A stretch of 64,000 nucleotides of DNA from Gemmatimonas sp. (lineage in GTDB: Bacteria > Gemmatimonadota > Gemmatimonadetes > Gemmatimonadales > Gemmatimonadaceae): contig JANNVQ010000005.1 in NCBI GenBank assembly GCA_031414535.1, positions 32,001 through 96,000 of the forward strand, read 5' to 3'. The position numbers and the translations under genes are program-made. Below are positions 47,301-55,704 of the stretch, one piece after another (position 1 is the stretch's first letter; each line of letters begins with the position of its first letter). The notes beneath the pieces are model-generated. The model saw only the letters and a program-made list of their open reading frames with translations, was not told the origin of the DNA and ran no database searches.

Positions 47301-50300
47301 TATCCGTGAACTCCGTTTCATCGGCCGTGACGCCAAGATAGATCTCGGCGAACACGCAGGCCGCGCTCTCACAGCGTTCTACCTTATACCCGTCCTCGTT
47401 GGTGGCGATGTCCGTCCACGAGATGCGGACGGAGTTTGGCGCCGTCACGTTGCCCGCCACCGCGCCAGGAATCGCCGGCACGTTGGTCGTAGCCGTTGCG
47501 ACGTTGGTCACAGCCGAATTGCCCACGGTGTTCAGCGCAAACACGTGGTAGCTGAAGGTCTGGTTGGAGGCGAGACCGGTGTCGGTGTACTCGGTGGTTC
47601 CGGCTGCCACGGTTGCGAAGCTGCCAGCGGGTACGGTGCAGGCCGCGCCCGCACACTTCTGCACGGCGAAGCCTGTCTCGTTATTCGAGTTGTCCGTCCA
47701 GTTGAGCCGGATGCTGGTATTGGACAACGTCTGCGCGGTGAGCACGGTCGGTGCAGCCGGCACGAGGGTCGTGACCGTCACCGCGGAGCTCGCAGTGGAG
47801 GTACCAAAGGCCGCGTAGGCCGCTACCGCATAAGTGTAGGACTGTCCCGCCGTGACGCTCGCGTCGCTGAACGCGGTGATGTTTGCATCCACCGAGTCAA
47901 TCGCCACAAACGTGCTGCACGAGACGCCGCTACAGCGGCGAATCTCAGTTCCGTTCTCATTGAGCGAGTTGTCGGTCCAGGTGAGATTGATCTGAGTGCC
48001 GCTCACGGTGCTCGCCGCCAGCGTGCTCGGCGCGCCTGGCAGGAAGGGCGTCACGGACACGGCCGCACTGGCCGGAGTGGACCCCAGCAGGTTGGATGCA
48101 ATCACCCGGTAGCTGTACGTGACACCAGCCACCGCGGTCGCGTCATCAAAGCTCGTGACGTTGGCCGCCACCGGCGCGCCGACCGCCGTGAACACGAGGC
48201 AGCCGCTGCCCTCACAGCGCTCAACAACACTCTGGTTCTCGTTGTTGGAGTTATCCGTCCAGGTGATGCGCACCGCACCCGGGCGCAGCGTAGCCGCGAC
48301 ACCAGTGGGCGTGGTGGGCTGCAGGGTGTTGATGTACACCGTGTCGGAGAAGGGGCCCGCACCAACGAGGTTCAGCGCGTGAACGATGTAGCGGTATTCC
48401 GTGTTGAGCGAGACGGACTCAGCAAAGTTGGTCTGTCCCGCGCCAACTTGGCCGCGTGACGTGAAGTTCGTGCAGTCCGCACCGATGCAGCGGAAGATCT
48501 GGTACCCGGTAAGACCGGGACCCGTGGAAGCCGTCCAACCCATGGTGATTTGCGGCGTCGGCGCCGTGATCACTGCATTGGCTCCCGCCGGCTTCGACAT
48601 AAAGCCCGCGTTCACATCCACGATGGCCGTGTACGCCGACACATCAGCCGCGTTCTGCGCACGCAGGCGATAACGGTAGAAGTTGCCCGCCGTGACGGTA
48701 AGATCGCTGTGCGTGTTTCCTGACCCCGCGACAAACGTAATCTCCGCGAAGTCAGCGCAGGCAGCACCGGTGCAGCGCTCCACACGAGTCCCAATCGTCG
48801 AGGCATCACCAATCAACCAATTCAAGTCCACGCGGGTGGCGCTCACCAGCACTGCAGCGAAACCCGTTGGTGCGCTGGGCGGCAGGGTGCTCGCCACCGC
48901 GCTATTGGACACCGCAGAGGCACCCGCAACATTGCTCGCGTTGATGCGATACGTGTACTGCTGGCCAGCCACCGCAGTGGAATCGTCCGTGGTGGATGAA
49001 CCGGCGGGCAAGGCCTTCACCGTAGTGAAGTTCGTGCACGCCGCACCAGCGCAGCGACCCAGCGTGTAGCCCGTTTCGTTGGTGGCGTTGTCGGCCCACG
49101 CCAGGCGAATCACGTTAGCCGTGATGACCGTGGCCACGAGTCCACTCGGGGCAGCAGGCAACAGCGTATTGGCGACGGCGATATTGCTCGGCGCCGAGTT
49201 GCCGGCAATGCCGATGGACGTGACGCGGTAGCGATACGAAGTGTTCAGTACCGCCGTGTTGTCGGAATAGGTGACGGCACCAGCCGCCGTCGTGGCGATC
49301 GTGGCGAAGTCCGTGCATTCAGCACCCGAAGCGCAACGCTCGACGCGGAAGCCCGTCTCCGTCGCGACGTTGTCCGTCCACGTCAACTGAATGGCCGTGG
49401 CACCCAAAGTCGTCGCAACGAGAGCCGAGGGCGCATCTGGCGGGAAGGTATTGGCAGCCGCCGTATCGGAATACGTCAACGAGATGACGGCATTGCGTGC
49501 ACGGATGCGGAAGCGATACGCCGCGTTGTTGGCGACGGTGCTCGCGTACGCAGTGATGCCCGCGGACACGCTGTCCACCTGCGTGAAGTCGCCGCACGCT
49601 GGCCCAAGGCAACGCTCGATCAAGAAGTGCGTTTCGTTGGCCGAGGCGTCGGTCCACGAGAGATTGATGGTGGTGGGGCCAGTCACCTGGGCCAGCAGGC
49701 CCGTCGGGCGAGCCGGCGGAACGGTGTTGGCCGAGACAGGCGCCGTGAATGCCGAGGGTACCACTGAGTTCGTGGCTCGCACCTGATACTGATACGAGGT
49801 GTTGTACACCGCGGTCGCGTCAACATACTCGGCGATATTCGCGCCCACTGAAGCCAGCGCGGCAAAGCTGCAGCTTCCGCCAGCAACGCAGCGCTGGATC
49901 TCGTAGCCGGTTTCGTTGGTGGCCACATCCGTCCACGTCAGACGAACGGACGTATTCGACAAAGTGGTCGCCGCCAGAGTTGTCGGCGCCGCGGGGCCCA
50001 CTAGGGCCGTGCTCGCGGAGTTGGAATAGTTCGAGTTGCCTACGTTGTTGCGGGCCCGCACGCGCCAGAGATACGTGGTACCCTGCGTGAGACCGGTCTG
50101 CGAGCTCGAGGAAACATTCGTTGCGGTGGTGCCGACTTCAGCGAAGTCGGTGCAGCCCACACCAGCGCAGCGCTCAATGCGGTAGGACGTTTCATTGTTG
50201 GCGTTGTCGCCCCACACAAGCGAGACGGCAGTGCCCGACACGACCGTCGCCACCAGCGCGCTCGGCGCCAGCGGCAAGCGCCGAATTTCCGAGCGCAGCT

Positions 50301-51318
50301 CGTAATGGCCGTTGGTATTGCTCGAGGCACCGACGCGCAGCTTGAACGTCTCAGAGCTGGCCGCCACATGCACGAGGCGTGAGTCCGTGGTGGCGGTAGC
50401 GTCGAGGTTCTGCGCGACTTCCGTGGTGCCATCGTTGCGGAACAGCGCGAGCGTAGTGTTGAGGCCGGACGGCAGCAGTAGTCGCGCCGCAAACGTCTCG
50501 GCGATCAGTGAGTCGCCCTGCTGCAAGGCGATGTCGTACCAATCCTCTCGCTTGTTGGCGGTGAGGTTTCGGTCAACAATCGTCTGCGGCGTCTCAGGCA
50601 CAAGCGGCACGGACTGCCCGTCATTGGACGCGTTACCACCAGTCGCCTGGCGCACCACCCACGAACGCACGTCCGACCACGGAATGCTGCTCGCCGGTAC
50701 CTGCGGAAGCACAGCGCGTGAACGAATGAACCAGGTCCCCGGCTGCGTGACGTTCACGAGTGGATTGGTATCCGGCGCCGCGAACTCCGTCACGCCATTC
50801 ACGAAGTTATTGTCCTGCGACACCTGCACCACATAGCCGGTAGCCGACGGGATGGCGGCAAACGGAACGCGCTGCGAGAAGTTGGTCGTGTTCTGAAGCG
50901 GCGGATTGGTCACCACCGGCACGGCGGCGGCAAACTGCACCGTGGGCTGCGCGCGCTGACCGCGTGCCACCGTGATGTTCGGCAAACGCCCGTAATACTG
51001 CACCTGATTGTTGGCGAGACCTTCAATCACGAGCTCGTAGTCACCAGCCTCAAGACCGGTGATGGTGCCTCTCCACACACCACCCACAAGCGTGAGCGGC
51101 ACCACACGACCCGTCGGGCCAAAGGTGCGCACGCGCACTTCCGTCAACGGCAACACCAGCGAGGCGCGTGTGGCCGAGTCCGCTTGAATCAGTTGGATGC
51201 GCGGCTCGATGGACGCTTCCACCGTCGGACGCGTGGGATCGTCGCAGGAGGCGACGACGCCCGTAAACACGGCAGCGGCGAGGAGCTTGGAGATCCGGGA
51301 AGTGCGCATCGGCATCAT
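41353..51318 (-). CDS. Giant (3321 aa) fibronectin type III repeat lipoprotein with PPC-like domains
   Basis: Lipobox VASC; 29 repeats of L.W.D...NE.G...RC.x.C..F...Y.YRV.A.N; PPC-like domains before the array (EDWYDI..QGD) and after it (GDADLYVKFG..P). Confidence 0.92.
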   Translation of the reverse strand: MMPMRTSRISKLLAAAVFTGVVASCDDPTRPTVEASIEPRIQLIQADSATRASLVLPLTEVRVRTFGPTGRVVPLTLVGGVWRGTITGLEAGDYELVIEGLANNQVQYYGRLPNITVARGQRAQPTVQFAAAVPVVTNPPLQNTTNFSQRVPFAAIPSATGYVVQVSQDNNFVNGVTEFAAPDTNPLVNVTQPGTWFIRSRAVLPQVPASSIPWSDVRSWVVRQATGGNASNDGQSVPLVPETPQTIVDRNLTANKREDWYDIALQQGDSLIAETFAARLLLPSGLNTTLALFRNDGTTEVAQNLDATATTDSRLVHVAASSETFKLRVGASSNTNGHYELRSEIRRLPLAPSALVATVVSGTAVSLVWGDNANNETSYRIERCAGVGCTDFAEVGTTATNVSSSSQTGLTQGTTYLWRVRARNNVGNSNYSNSASTALVGPAAPTTLAATTLSNTSVRLTWTDVATNETGYEIQRCVAGGSCSFAALASVGANIAEYVDATAVYNTSYQYQVRATNSVVPSAFTAPVSANTVPPARPTGLLAQVTGPTTINLSWTDASANETHFLIERCLGPACGDFTQVDSVSAGITAYASTVANNAAYRFRIRARNAVISLTYSDTAAANTFPPDAPSALVATTLGATAIQLTWTDNVATETGFRVERCASGAECTDFATIATTAAGAVTYSDNTAVLNTSYRYRVTSIGIAGNSAPSNIAVANTLLPAAPSGLVATVITANVIRLAWADNATNETGYTLGRCAGAACTNFTTVKALPAGSSTTDDSTAVAGQQYTYRINASNVAGASAVSNSAVASTLPPSAPTGFAAVLVSATRVDLNWLIGDASTIGTRVERCTGAACADFAEITFVAGSGNTHSDLTVTAGNFYRYRLRAQNAADVSAYTAIVDVNAGFMSKPAGANAVITAPTPQITMGWTASTGPGLTGYQIFRCIGADCTNFTSRGQVGAGQTNFAESVSLNTEYRYIVHALNLVGAGPFSDTVYINTLQPTTPTGVAATLRPGAVRITWTDNSNNENQSVVERCEGSGCLVFTAVGAPVAANVTSFDDATAVAGVTYSYRVIASNLLGSTPASAAVSVTPFLPGAPSTLAASTVSGTQINLTWTDNSLNENGTEIRRCSGVSCSTFVAIDSVDANITAFSDASVTAGQSYTYAVAAYAAFGTSTASSAVTVTTLVPAAPTVLTAQTLSNTSIRLNWTDNSNNETGFAVQKCAGAACTVPAGSFATVAAGTTEYTDTGLASNQTFSYHVFALNTVGNSAVTNVATATTNVPAIPGAVAGNVTAPNSVRISWTDIATNEDGYKVERCESAACVFAEIYLGVTADETEFTDTGVNDGTTYQYRVRAYGAAGNSDYAAAVIITAGEPLTPLAASALASSATAIRVTWTDASDNEDGFLVERCSTVSCAVIVASANVARNVSVYTDATVTVGNEYFYRITASNGAGPSAPTATLSANTFLPDAPTGLSASTFSSTQVDLAWTDNGPNETGVEIQRCAGPGCSSFAAVDTAAANAVSYSDIGLTSGLSFSYRVRAINGVGQSAFTSVVTAATNLPAAPSNVTALIDNPTDVSLNWTDNASNEDEFFIERCEGSNCTNFAFLSNVGAGVTSYNDPGLTTGSIYRYRVQASNGAGVSPFAPVAEAALVVPALPTGFSATVTSGTRVNLAWTDAATNELSYQIERCAGAGCSSFALRSTRAANAVTYVDTVGVDSTYSYQIRALNNVGASAYVASAEVNTIRPDLPTDFVVTTFSATQVDLTWTDVATNESGYLVERCAGVSCSTFDTLIVLSADKSSHQDQGLSAQESYSYRISAFNVAGNRGTVGPLSATTIVPALPTAFAGIAQSATQINLSWTDAASNELGYRVERCAGGGCSSFVEVGTVGANQTSFVNTGLVLNTIYRFRLRAFNAAGTSAYTTVLQVLTSAPATPSTLAATVLTVSEVQLTFTDASTNETGFTVQRCLTADCVNFTDLTTLPAGAGGVQTYVDNTLSAGQLARYRVRSFNNVGTSSSTTNVATASTEVPAVPSAAAAFPQGQTQMFVQWSDNASNEGGYIVERCLGQSCTNFAAIDTTTAPPASITDVTVTGGNFYRYRVRAIGNGTSSFGASAYSNEALASTIIPANPSALTADAVSDNRVNIAWTNNANNADDFRVFRCSVAACVPAAQIGVAGGGNVVTYVDSTVSANTLYRYSVSATNGAGESGVTNVAETGTFVPGLPTALAAVIISGSEVQLTWTDNASTETGFEIERCEGIACTNFVNIFTAGANSVSYNDTGLADSTLFRYRIRATTGTAFSGYTAPVAASTAPPTGPASVLVTPGATNLVLGWTDAATDETSYEVERCLGTGCTNFVSVSSLAANAVSFSEAWLVDTVYRYRVRAVNAAGPSAYGNVVTQSTYRPLAPASFTAATSTATSINLQWTSGSANSGGFRLFRCVGPSCIVAEVRTFDSTATAHLDESLATASVFTYDLLAYNIFGNGPRAGEVTATTDFPAVPASLVVSTVSASRIELQWSDASTNETGFEIYRCLGAGCTPNSLLITAGAGVQSFADLSVVIGNVYRYHVRAVNGAGASPATSVSEANTLVPVDPASLEGLPLSPSSARVQWIAQANTAQYRIERCDTPGCVSYTALDSVAHPTNAFTDNSVVTGETYGYRVRGLNAAGASAGGASVEVAMLTPSSVSSLAAVALSGTQVLLNWADNSSNELGFVLSRCSGGGCSDFVLVDSIAANDTSYVDATVAFNERYVYQLVAYNNVGSEAPPTIQMQTTAPDAPSNLVATTTAPGTVDLTWTLPVTNEISVAVERCAGAACINFSQIQLLGAGTDAYQDTGLPTNVVWRYQVRTINNVGPSDYSNVDQANTIVPTVVENLATTQVNGQRIDLSWTDGALEQGYVVERCDGLSCTSFTEIATLPANTTSYVNNTGVVLNAAYTYRVTGRNVAGLGVSSSPVVVEHALNAPESVRSRVLNRTQVLTQWAYAPNMQQYSFQVLRCVGAGCDPATGTVRTTVSSATLEYAESVAQGQDVTYAVRAVTLGGTSNAPSGPSARTPINLASAVAVTGVSDLTLGERHYVFNVPADALALRVRMDSPSGDADLYVKFGETPTTNVTLNDATNCVPYTGATPEICTFTAPAAGDWYAMLQAFSTYGGATLKASLAERFGWPINVANDVTAFTTLLVSHSFTITEPTALTHLGLRLAAFPLGTNVRVGLYSSRAPIAPGVAVPGEPDQPDQLLTQIDITGAVVGVNELAVSEIVLQPGKYWLASVANQSATYGNSGQMGVYRFFAATSGFNYGSGFPAVWPAADLTTNFTRHNIFIRGFR

Positions 51319-52934
51319 GGGTTGGGTACCTCAATCACGATCGAACCACCGGAGCTACCACCACCGCCGCCTAGTGCGAGCGCGGCACCGCCAACCGCCC
51401 CGCCGATGGCGACTGCCCACACCCACTTGGGCACACCGCCACGCTTGGCCGCTGGCGGCGGACCACCAGGTGCCTGCGCAACGGTGCGCAGCGAGATCGC
51501 CGCACGCACGGTCTCACCCGCACGGATGGTGACGTCCTGCGTCTGCTCCGCGACGTTGGGCGCGCTCACCGCCACGCGATACCGACCCGCGGCACCGCGG
51601 AAGGTCAATGGCGCCGCACCCTCAGCGCGTAACTCTGCCCATTGCCACGCTTCAAGCGGCGTCACGCGCACTGTGGCATTCGGAACATCCACGGCAATGA
51701 GCGCCGTACCAAAGCGATGGTTCTCCGCCACGGCCACCTGCTGCGGCGTCTGCGTGCGATTGCCCGCCACGTTTTCCTTGGCGCGCGCAATCAACGGAGC
51801 CACCACCGACATCGGCGCGGCACGGCCTCCCGTGCTCCACACACCGGCGATGTTGCCCTGATAGTCCACGAGCGGAGAACCAACCGTTGCACCCGCTGGC
51901 GTGCCACTGAGCGCGAGATTCCCCATTGGACGGCCTTCCCAAGTGTTGAGCGTCACGCGCGGCGTTTCTGTGAAGCGGCATTCCGTGAGCGTCACACCCC
52001 AGAGTGACTGACCATCAATAGGCGCCGTCGTCGAGCCCAGCGTGTCGGCGGCATTCGCAGGCAACACGAGCACGGCAAGATTGGACGTCACGTCCCATGC
52101 CGCGACCTTCACTTCGCCATTGGCGGCGATGGCATCGGCGCCACGGATGGCGTGATACGACGTGAGCACGAGGCGCGCACCACCAGTCGCAACACCCGCC
52201 GCGCAGGCCTGCGAGCCGCCGAAGCGTGTGATCTGCAGCGGCACCGTGGCGCGAGAGAGCCGCGTGCGCACATCGGCCGCGAGCGTGGTGCTGGCCACCG
52301 CAGCCGATGTCAGCGTGAACGCAAATTCAGAGGTGACACCCGGCAAAGCTTCGCGCGTGACACGCAACGGCAGGAAGCCAGTGGACGAGACTTCAAGTTC
52401 ATAGGTGCCCGGCGGGACAACCAAGCCTTGGGCACCGACGAGACCGATGCCGCGCACAAGCACGGTCACGGGAGCGGCACCCGCTGCGACGCGGAAGCGC
52501 GCTTCACTGGCGTCCGACGTTGCCACCGGCCACGCATACGTGGTGCGCGTCGCTGCATCGGCCGAGGTTTGCGCGGCAGCAGTGCGGGCCTCACGCAGCG
52601 TCGTCGCGACGCTCGCGAGGAAGTTCACCGAATCAATCGCGAGCACCGGTTGCATGCGGGTCGCCCAGCGCGCCCACACTTGGGCCAATGGCTGCTGTTG
52701 TTCTTCGATCAACACTTGGGTGAGCACGTGCACGCCACGCACCCATGTGGTATCGAGCGGCCCGAGCGCGGGGTTCAGCGCGGCGCGCGCGAGACGAATG
52801 GCTCGCGCCGGCTCAAAGTCGTCGAGTGCGGTGCTGGCCTGGCGGAGCAGGTCAGCACGCGACTGCGCCTGAGCGATAGTCGGCAAGACGAAGAAGGCGC
52901 CGACGAGCGGCGCCAAGAGTCGAAGAATTCGCAT
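51315..52934 (-). CDS. Exported protein with a degenerate trypsin-like domain, PEGA-like domains and a C-terminal Gly-rich TM segment
   Basis: Signal peptide (AQA); VLTSYHAI, SNLAVL and GATVGSPLVD.QG.IAGV; PPGTYELEV and AGRYRVAV; KWVWAVAIGGAVGGAALAL. Confidence 0.7.
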   Translation of the reverse strand: MRILRLLAPLVGAFFVLPTIAQAQSRADLLRQASTALDDFEPARAIRLARAALNPALGPLDTTWVRGVHVLTQVLIEEQQQPLAQVWARWATRMQPVLAIDSVNFLASVATTLREARTAAAQTSADAATRTTYAWPVATSDASEARFRVAAGAAPVTVLVRGIGLVGAQGLVVPPGTYELEVSSTGFLPLRVTREALPGVTSEFAFTLTSAAVASTTLAADVRTRLSRATVPLQITRFGGSQACAAGVATGGARLVLTSYHAIRGADAIAANGEVKVAAWDVTSNLAVLVLPANAADTLGSTTAPIDGQSLWGVTLTECRFTETPRVTLNTWEGRPMGNLALSGTPAGATVGSPLVDYQGNIAGVWSTGGRAAPMSVVAPLIARAKENVAGNRTQTPQQVAVAENHRFGTALIAVDVPNATVRVTPLEAWQWAELRAEGAAPLTFRGAAGRYRVAVSAPNVAEQTQDVTIRAGETVRAAISLRTVAQAPGGPPPAAKRGGVPKWVWAVAIGGAVGGAALALGGGGGSSGGSIVIEVPNP

Positions 52935-54655
52935 TACGGATTCGGCGTAAGCGTGATGGTGATGCGCAACGGTTGCCCCGACACGATGGTGACCATCTGT
53001 TCCTTGGTCACGAAGCCGGCCTTCTCAACCTTGACGATATGATCGCCGGGGATGAGTTGTTCCGAGTATCTGGTGCGCTCGCCCTTCGAGACACCGTCAA
53101 TGGTGAGCGTCCCCGGCGGGTTGAGTACGACCTGTAGTGTTCCCGGTCCGCCGACGGCAGCGGGGGCCGGAGTTGGTGTAGCCGGTGTTGGCAAAGGCGT
53201 CGTGCTTGGGGTGCTAGGCGCGCTCTGCTGCGGCACTGTCTGTTGTTGTGTGCGCGGCGGTGTCTGCTGTTGTGTGCGCGGCGGCGTGGCACTCTTCGTG
53301 GGCGCGGGCTGCGGCTGCACAGTCGCTTGCTGCGCGTTGGGCGCAGGCGGTGGTGTGACTTGAGCGGTCTGCGTGCTCGGGGCCAGCTCGCTTGGGGCCG
53401 GGGTGCTTGGGGCCGGGGTGCTTGGGGCCGGGACCGTCTGCGTGGGCGTCGTTTCGTTGCCGCCCCCCATCTTCGTCGCAACGAATCCACCGCCACCAAG
53501 CAGCACAATCGCCGCCACCGCAATCAAGGCGACGTTGCTCTTCTTCTCTGCCGGCGCAGGCGATGCCTTCACGGCCGCGCCCGCCACGATGGTCTTATCC
53601 GCAGAGCCGGGACGCGGCTTCACCTTCGGCAATGGACCCGAGTTCTTCTTCTCGAGTGCGTTGGTATCAATCACCTCGGTGCGCGCACTCGGACGCGGGT
53701 ACTTCATCGAGGGATCCTTCATCGCCTTCACGAAGGTACGGATGTTCGGGAAGCGATCGGCGGCCTTCTTGGACAGCGCCTTATCAATCGCGTCGCACAC
53801 GTGCTTGGGAATATGCGGCGCCGAATCCTCGAGGCGCGGCGCTTCCATCATGCAATGCTTGTGCAGGATGTCAATCGCCGAGTCGCCGTCAAAGGGGATG
53901 TGACCAGCGAGCATGCGGAAGGCCATCACGGCCACCGAGTACTGGTCCGCGGGGCCCGCCACCGGCTTCCCCATGCCCTGCTCGGGGCTCATGAAGTAGG
54001 GCGTGCCAATCACCGAACCCGAAGCGGTGAGTGCGCCTTCGCTCAGTGCCTTGGCGATGCCAAAGTCCGTGATGATCACGCGATTGCGCGAGTCGAGCAT
54101 CACGTTGGCCGGCTTGATGTCGCGATGGATGACTTGGTGCTCGTGCGCGTAATCGAGCGCGTCGGCCACTTGATCGAGGAGTTCCAACGTCTCCTCGAGC
54201 GAGTAGGCGCCACGCTCGCGGAGCACGTCCTCGAGCGACTTACCCTCGAGGTACTTCATCGCGTACCAAAAGAGCTTCCCGCCGTTGGCGATGCGGTAGA
54301 TCGGGATGATGCCGGGGTGGTCCAGCGTGGCGGCCGTCTTGGCCTCGCGCAGAAAGCGATCCACACCGTGGCCGAAGGTCAGCTCGGGCGGCAACACCTT
54401 GAGCGCCACCTTACGCCCAAGTCGTGTTTCCTCCGCGAGATACACGACGGCCATGCCGCCGCGGCCGAGCATCTTGCCGACGATGTATTCACCCTTGGTG
54501 TCGTCGCGCAACATTTTCTCCATGTGCGCAAACGCCGACTGGTCCATGCTCGCGGTCGCCGCCGCCTGGCCACCGGCGTCGGACACGAGTGAGCCACAGG
54601 AATGACAAAATTTTGCCCCGTCGCCGACGGGGGTGCTGCAGTGCACGCAAATCAT
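52934..54655 (-). CDS. Membrane Hanks-type Ser/Thr kinase (zinc ribbon-kinase-TM-P/Q/T linker-PEGA)
   Basis: CVHC/CHSC; GRGGMA, VALK, HRDIKPAN, DFG, GTPYFMSPEQ; one TM; C-terminal PEGA-like PGDHIVKVEKAGF. Confidence 0.95.
   Translation of the reverse strand: MICVHCSTPVGDGAKFCHSCGSLVSDAGGQAAATASMDQSAFAHMEKMLRDDTKGEYIVGKMLGRGGMAVVYLAEETRLGRKVALKVLPPELTFGHGVDRFLREAKTAATLDHPGIIPIYRIANGGKLFWYAMKYLEGKSLEDVLRERGAYSLEETLELLDQVADALDYAHEHQVIHRDIKPANVMLDSRNRVIITDFGIAKALSEGALTASGSVIGTPYFMSPEQGMGKPVAGPADQYSVAVMAFRMLAGHIPFDGDSAIDILHKHCMMEAPRLEDSAPHIPKHVCDAIDKALSKKAADRFPNIRTFVKAMKDPSMKYPRPSARTEVIDTNALEKKNSGPLPKVKPRPGSADKTIVAGAAVKASPAPAEKKSNVALIAVAAIVLLGGGGFVATKMGGGNETTPTQTVPAPSTPAPSTPAPSELAPSTQTAQVTPPPAPNAQQATVQPQPAPTKSATPPRTQQQTPPRTQQQTVPQQSAPSTPSTTPLPTPATPTPAPAAVGGPGTLQVVLNPPGTLTIDGVSKGERTRYSEQLIPGDHIVKVEKAGFVTKEQMVTIVSGQPLRITITLTPNP
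53237..53432 (-). repeat. In-frame tandem repeats in the kinase linker
   Basis: 24-bp unit x2 (53237-53284, PPRTQQQT) and 15-bp unit x~3 (53390-53432, PAPST). Confidence 0.85.
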
Positions 54656-54781
54656 TAATAGAGCTCGTCACCCGGGACGTATGAGTCTGGTCTAATATCC
54701 GGGTCCTTTAGGCGACACGCAACGCACGGGGGCACCCCTTTTATGCGACCCAGGTCGCATACTTGCGCCCATGATACCGAA

Positions 54782-54802
54782 GTGATATCATACTGACATC
54801 AC
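54782..54802. promoter_or_regulatory. Candidate operator for the RHH protein
   Basis: gtgatatca-tac-tgacatcac, an 8/9 inverted repeat ending 4 nt before the SPFH start codon. Confidence 0.6.
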
Positions 54803-54806
54803 CCTT

Positions 54807-55691
54807 ATGGAGATTGCTTTGGCGTACGTCGAAAAGAAGTTCGCGGCCAGCAATGGCCTGGTCATGCTGATGGTCTGGATTGTCGCGGTGCTCGTGTTCG
54901 GCGCCTTCGCGGCGCAGAGCTTCCAGGCAGACCGTCCTTTGCTCGGCCTGCTTCACGCCGCGGGCATGATGGTGGCCTTCACGATGATGGGCGGTCTGTT
55001 CATCGTGCACCCCAACGAGGCCAAGGCACTGGTGCTCTTCGGTACCTACAAGGGCACGGTGCGCGCCGACGGCTTTTGGTGGGCCAATCCCTTCTTCACC
55101 AAGCAGCCCATCTCGCTGCGCGTGCGCAACTTCGAGACGGCCAAGCTCAAGGTGAACGACAACCACTCCAACCCCATCGAGATCGCGGCGATTGTGGTGT
55201 GGAAGGTGGTGGACTCGGCGGAAGCGCTCTTCGAAGTGGACAGCTACGAGCGCTACGTGGAGGTGCAGAGTGAATCCGCGCTGCGCGGCGTGGCGGTGCA
55301 ATACGCCTACGACTCGCACACGGCCGGCGAGATGTCGCTCTCCCAGAACACCGATGAAGTCTCGCAGACGCTGGAAGCCGCTCTGGTGGACCGGTTGAAG
55401 AAAGCGGGCGTGCAGGTCGTAGAAGCACGCATCTCCCACTTGGCGTACTCGCCAGAAATTGCCTCGGCGATGTTGCAGCGTCAGCAGGCCTCGGCCATCA
55501 TCTCGGCGCGCCAGAAGATTGTTGAGGGCGCCGTTGGCATGGTGGAGATGGCGCTCGCGATGTTGAACGAAAAGCAGATTGTGGTACTCGACAACGAGCG
55601 CAAGGCGGCAATGGTGAGCAACCTGCTCGTGGTGCTCTGCTCGGATCAAGCGACGCAGCCGGTGGTGAACACCGGTTCTCTCTACACCTGA
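54807..55691 (+). CDS. SPFH/band 7 domain protein
   Basis: Two TMs, LFG.YKGTV, LKVND...[51 protein letters not shown]. Confidence 0.93.
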   Translation: MEIALAYVEKKFAASNGLVMLMVWIVAVLVFGAFAAQSFQADRPLLGLLHAAGMMVAFTMMGGLFIVHPNEAKALVLFGTYKGTVRADGFWWANPFFTKQPISLRVRNFETAKLKVNDNHSNPIEIAAIVVWKVVDSAEALFEVDSYERYVEVQSESALRGVAVQYAYDSHTAGEMSLSQNTDEVSQTLEAALVDRLKKAGVQVVEARISHLAYSPEIASAMLQRQQASAIISARQKIVEGAVGMVEMALAMLNEKQIVVLDNERKAAMVSNLLVVLCSDQATQPVVNTGSLYT

Positions 55692-55704
55692 TTAGGCCGA
55701 CATC

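Noticed and set aside
12166..51318. Diversity-generating retroelement, shufflon or invertible switch acting on the adhesins
   Set aside because: No reverse transcriptase, recombinase, adenine-specific TR/VR pair or inverted crossover sites seen; paralog differences are ordinary synonymous changes.
41669..54684. Plus-strand ORFs such as 41779-43275 and 53243-54592
   Set aside because: Antisense shadows of the FN3 and kinase genes, with Arg/His-rich non-protein-like composition.
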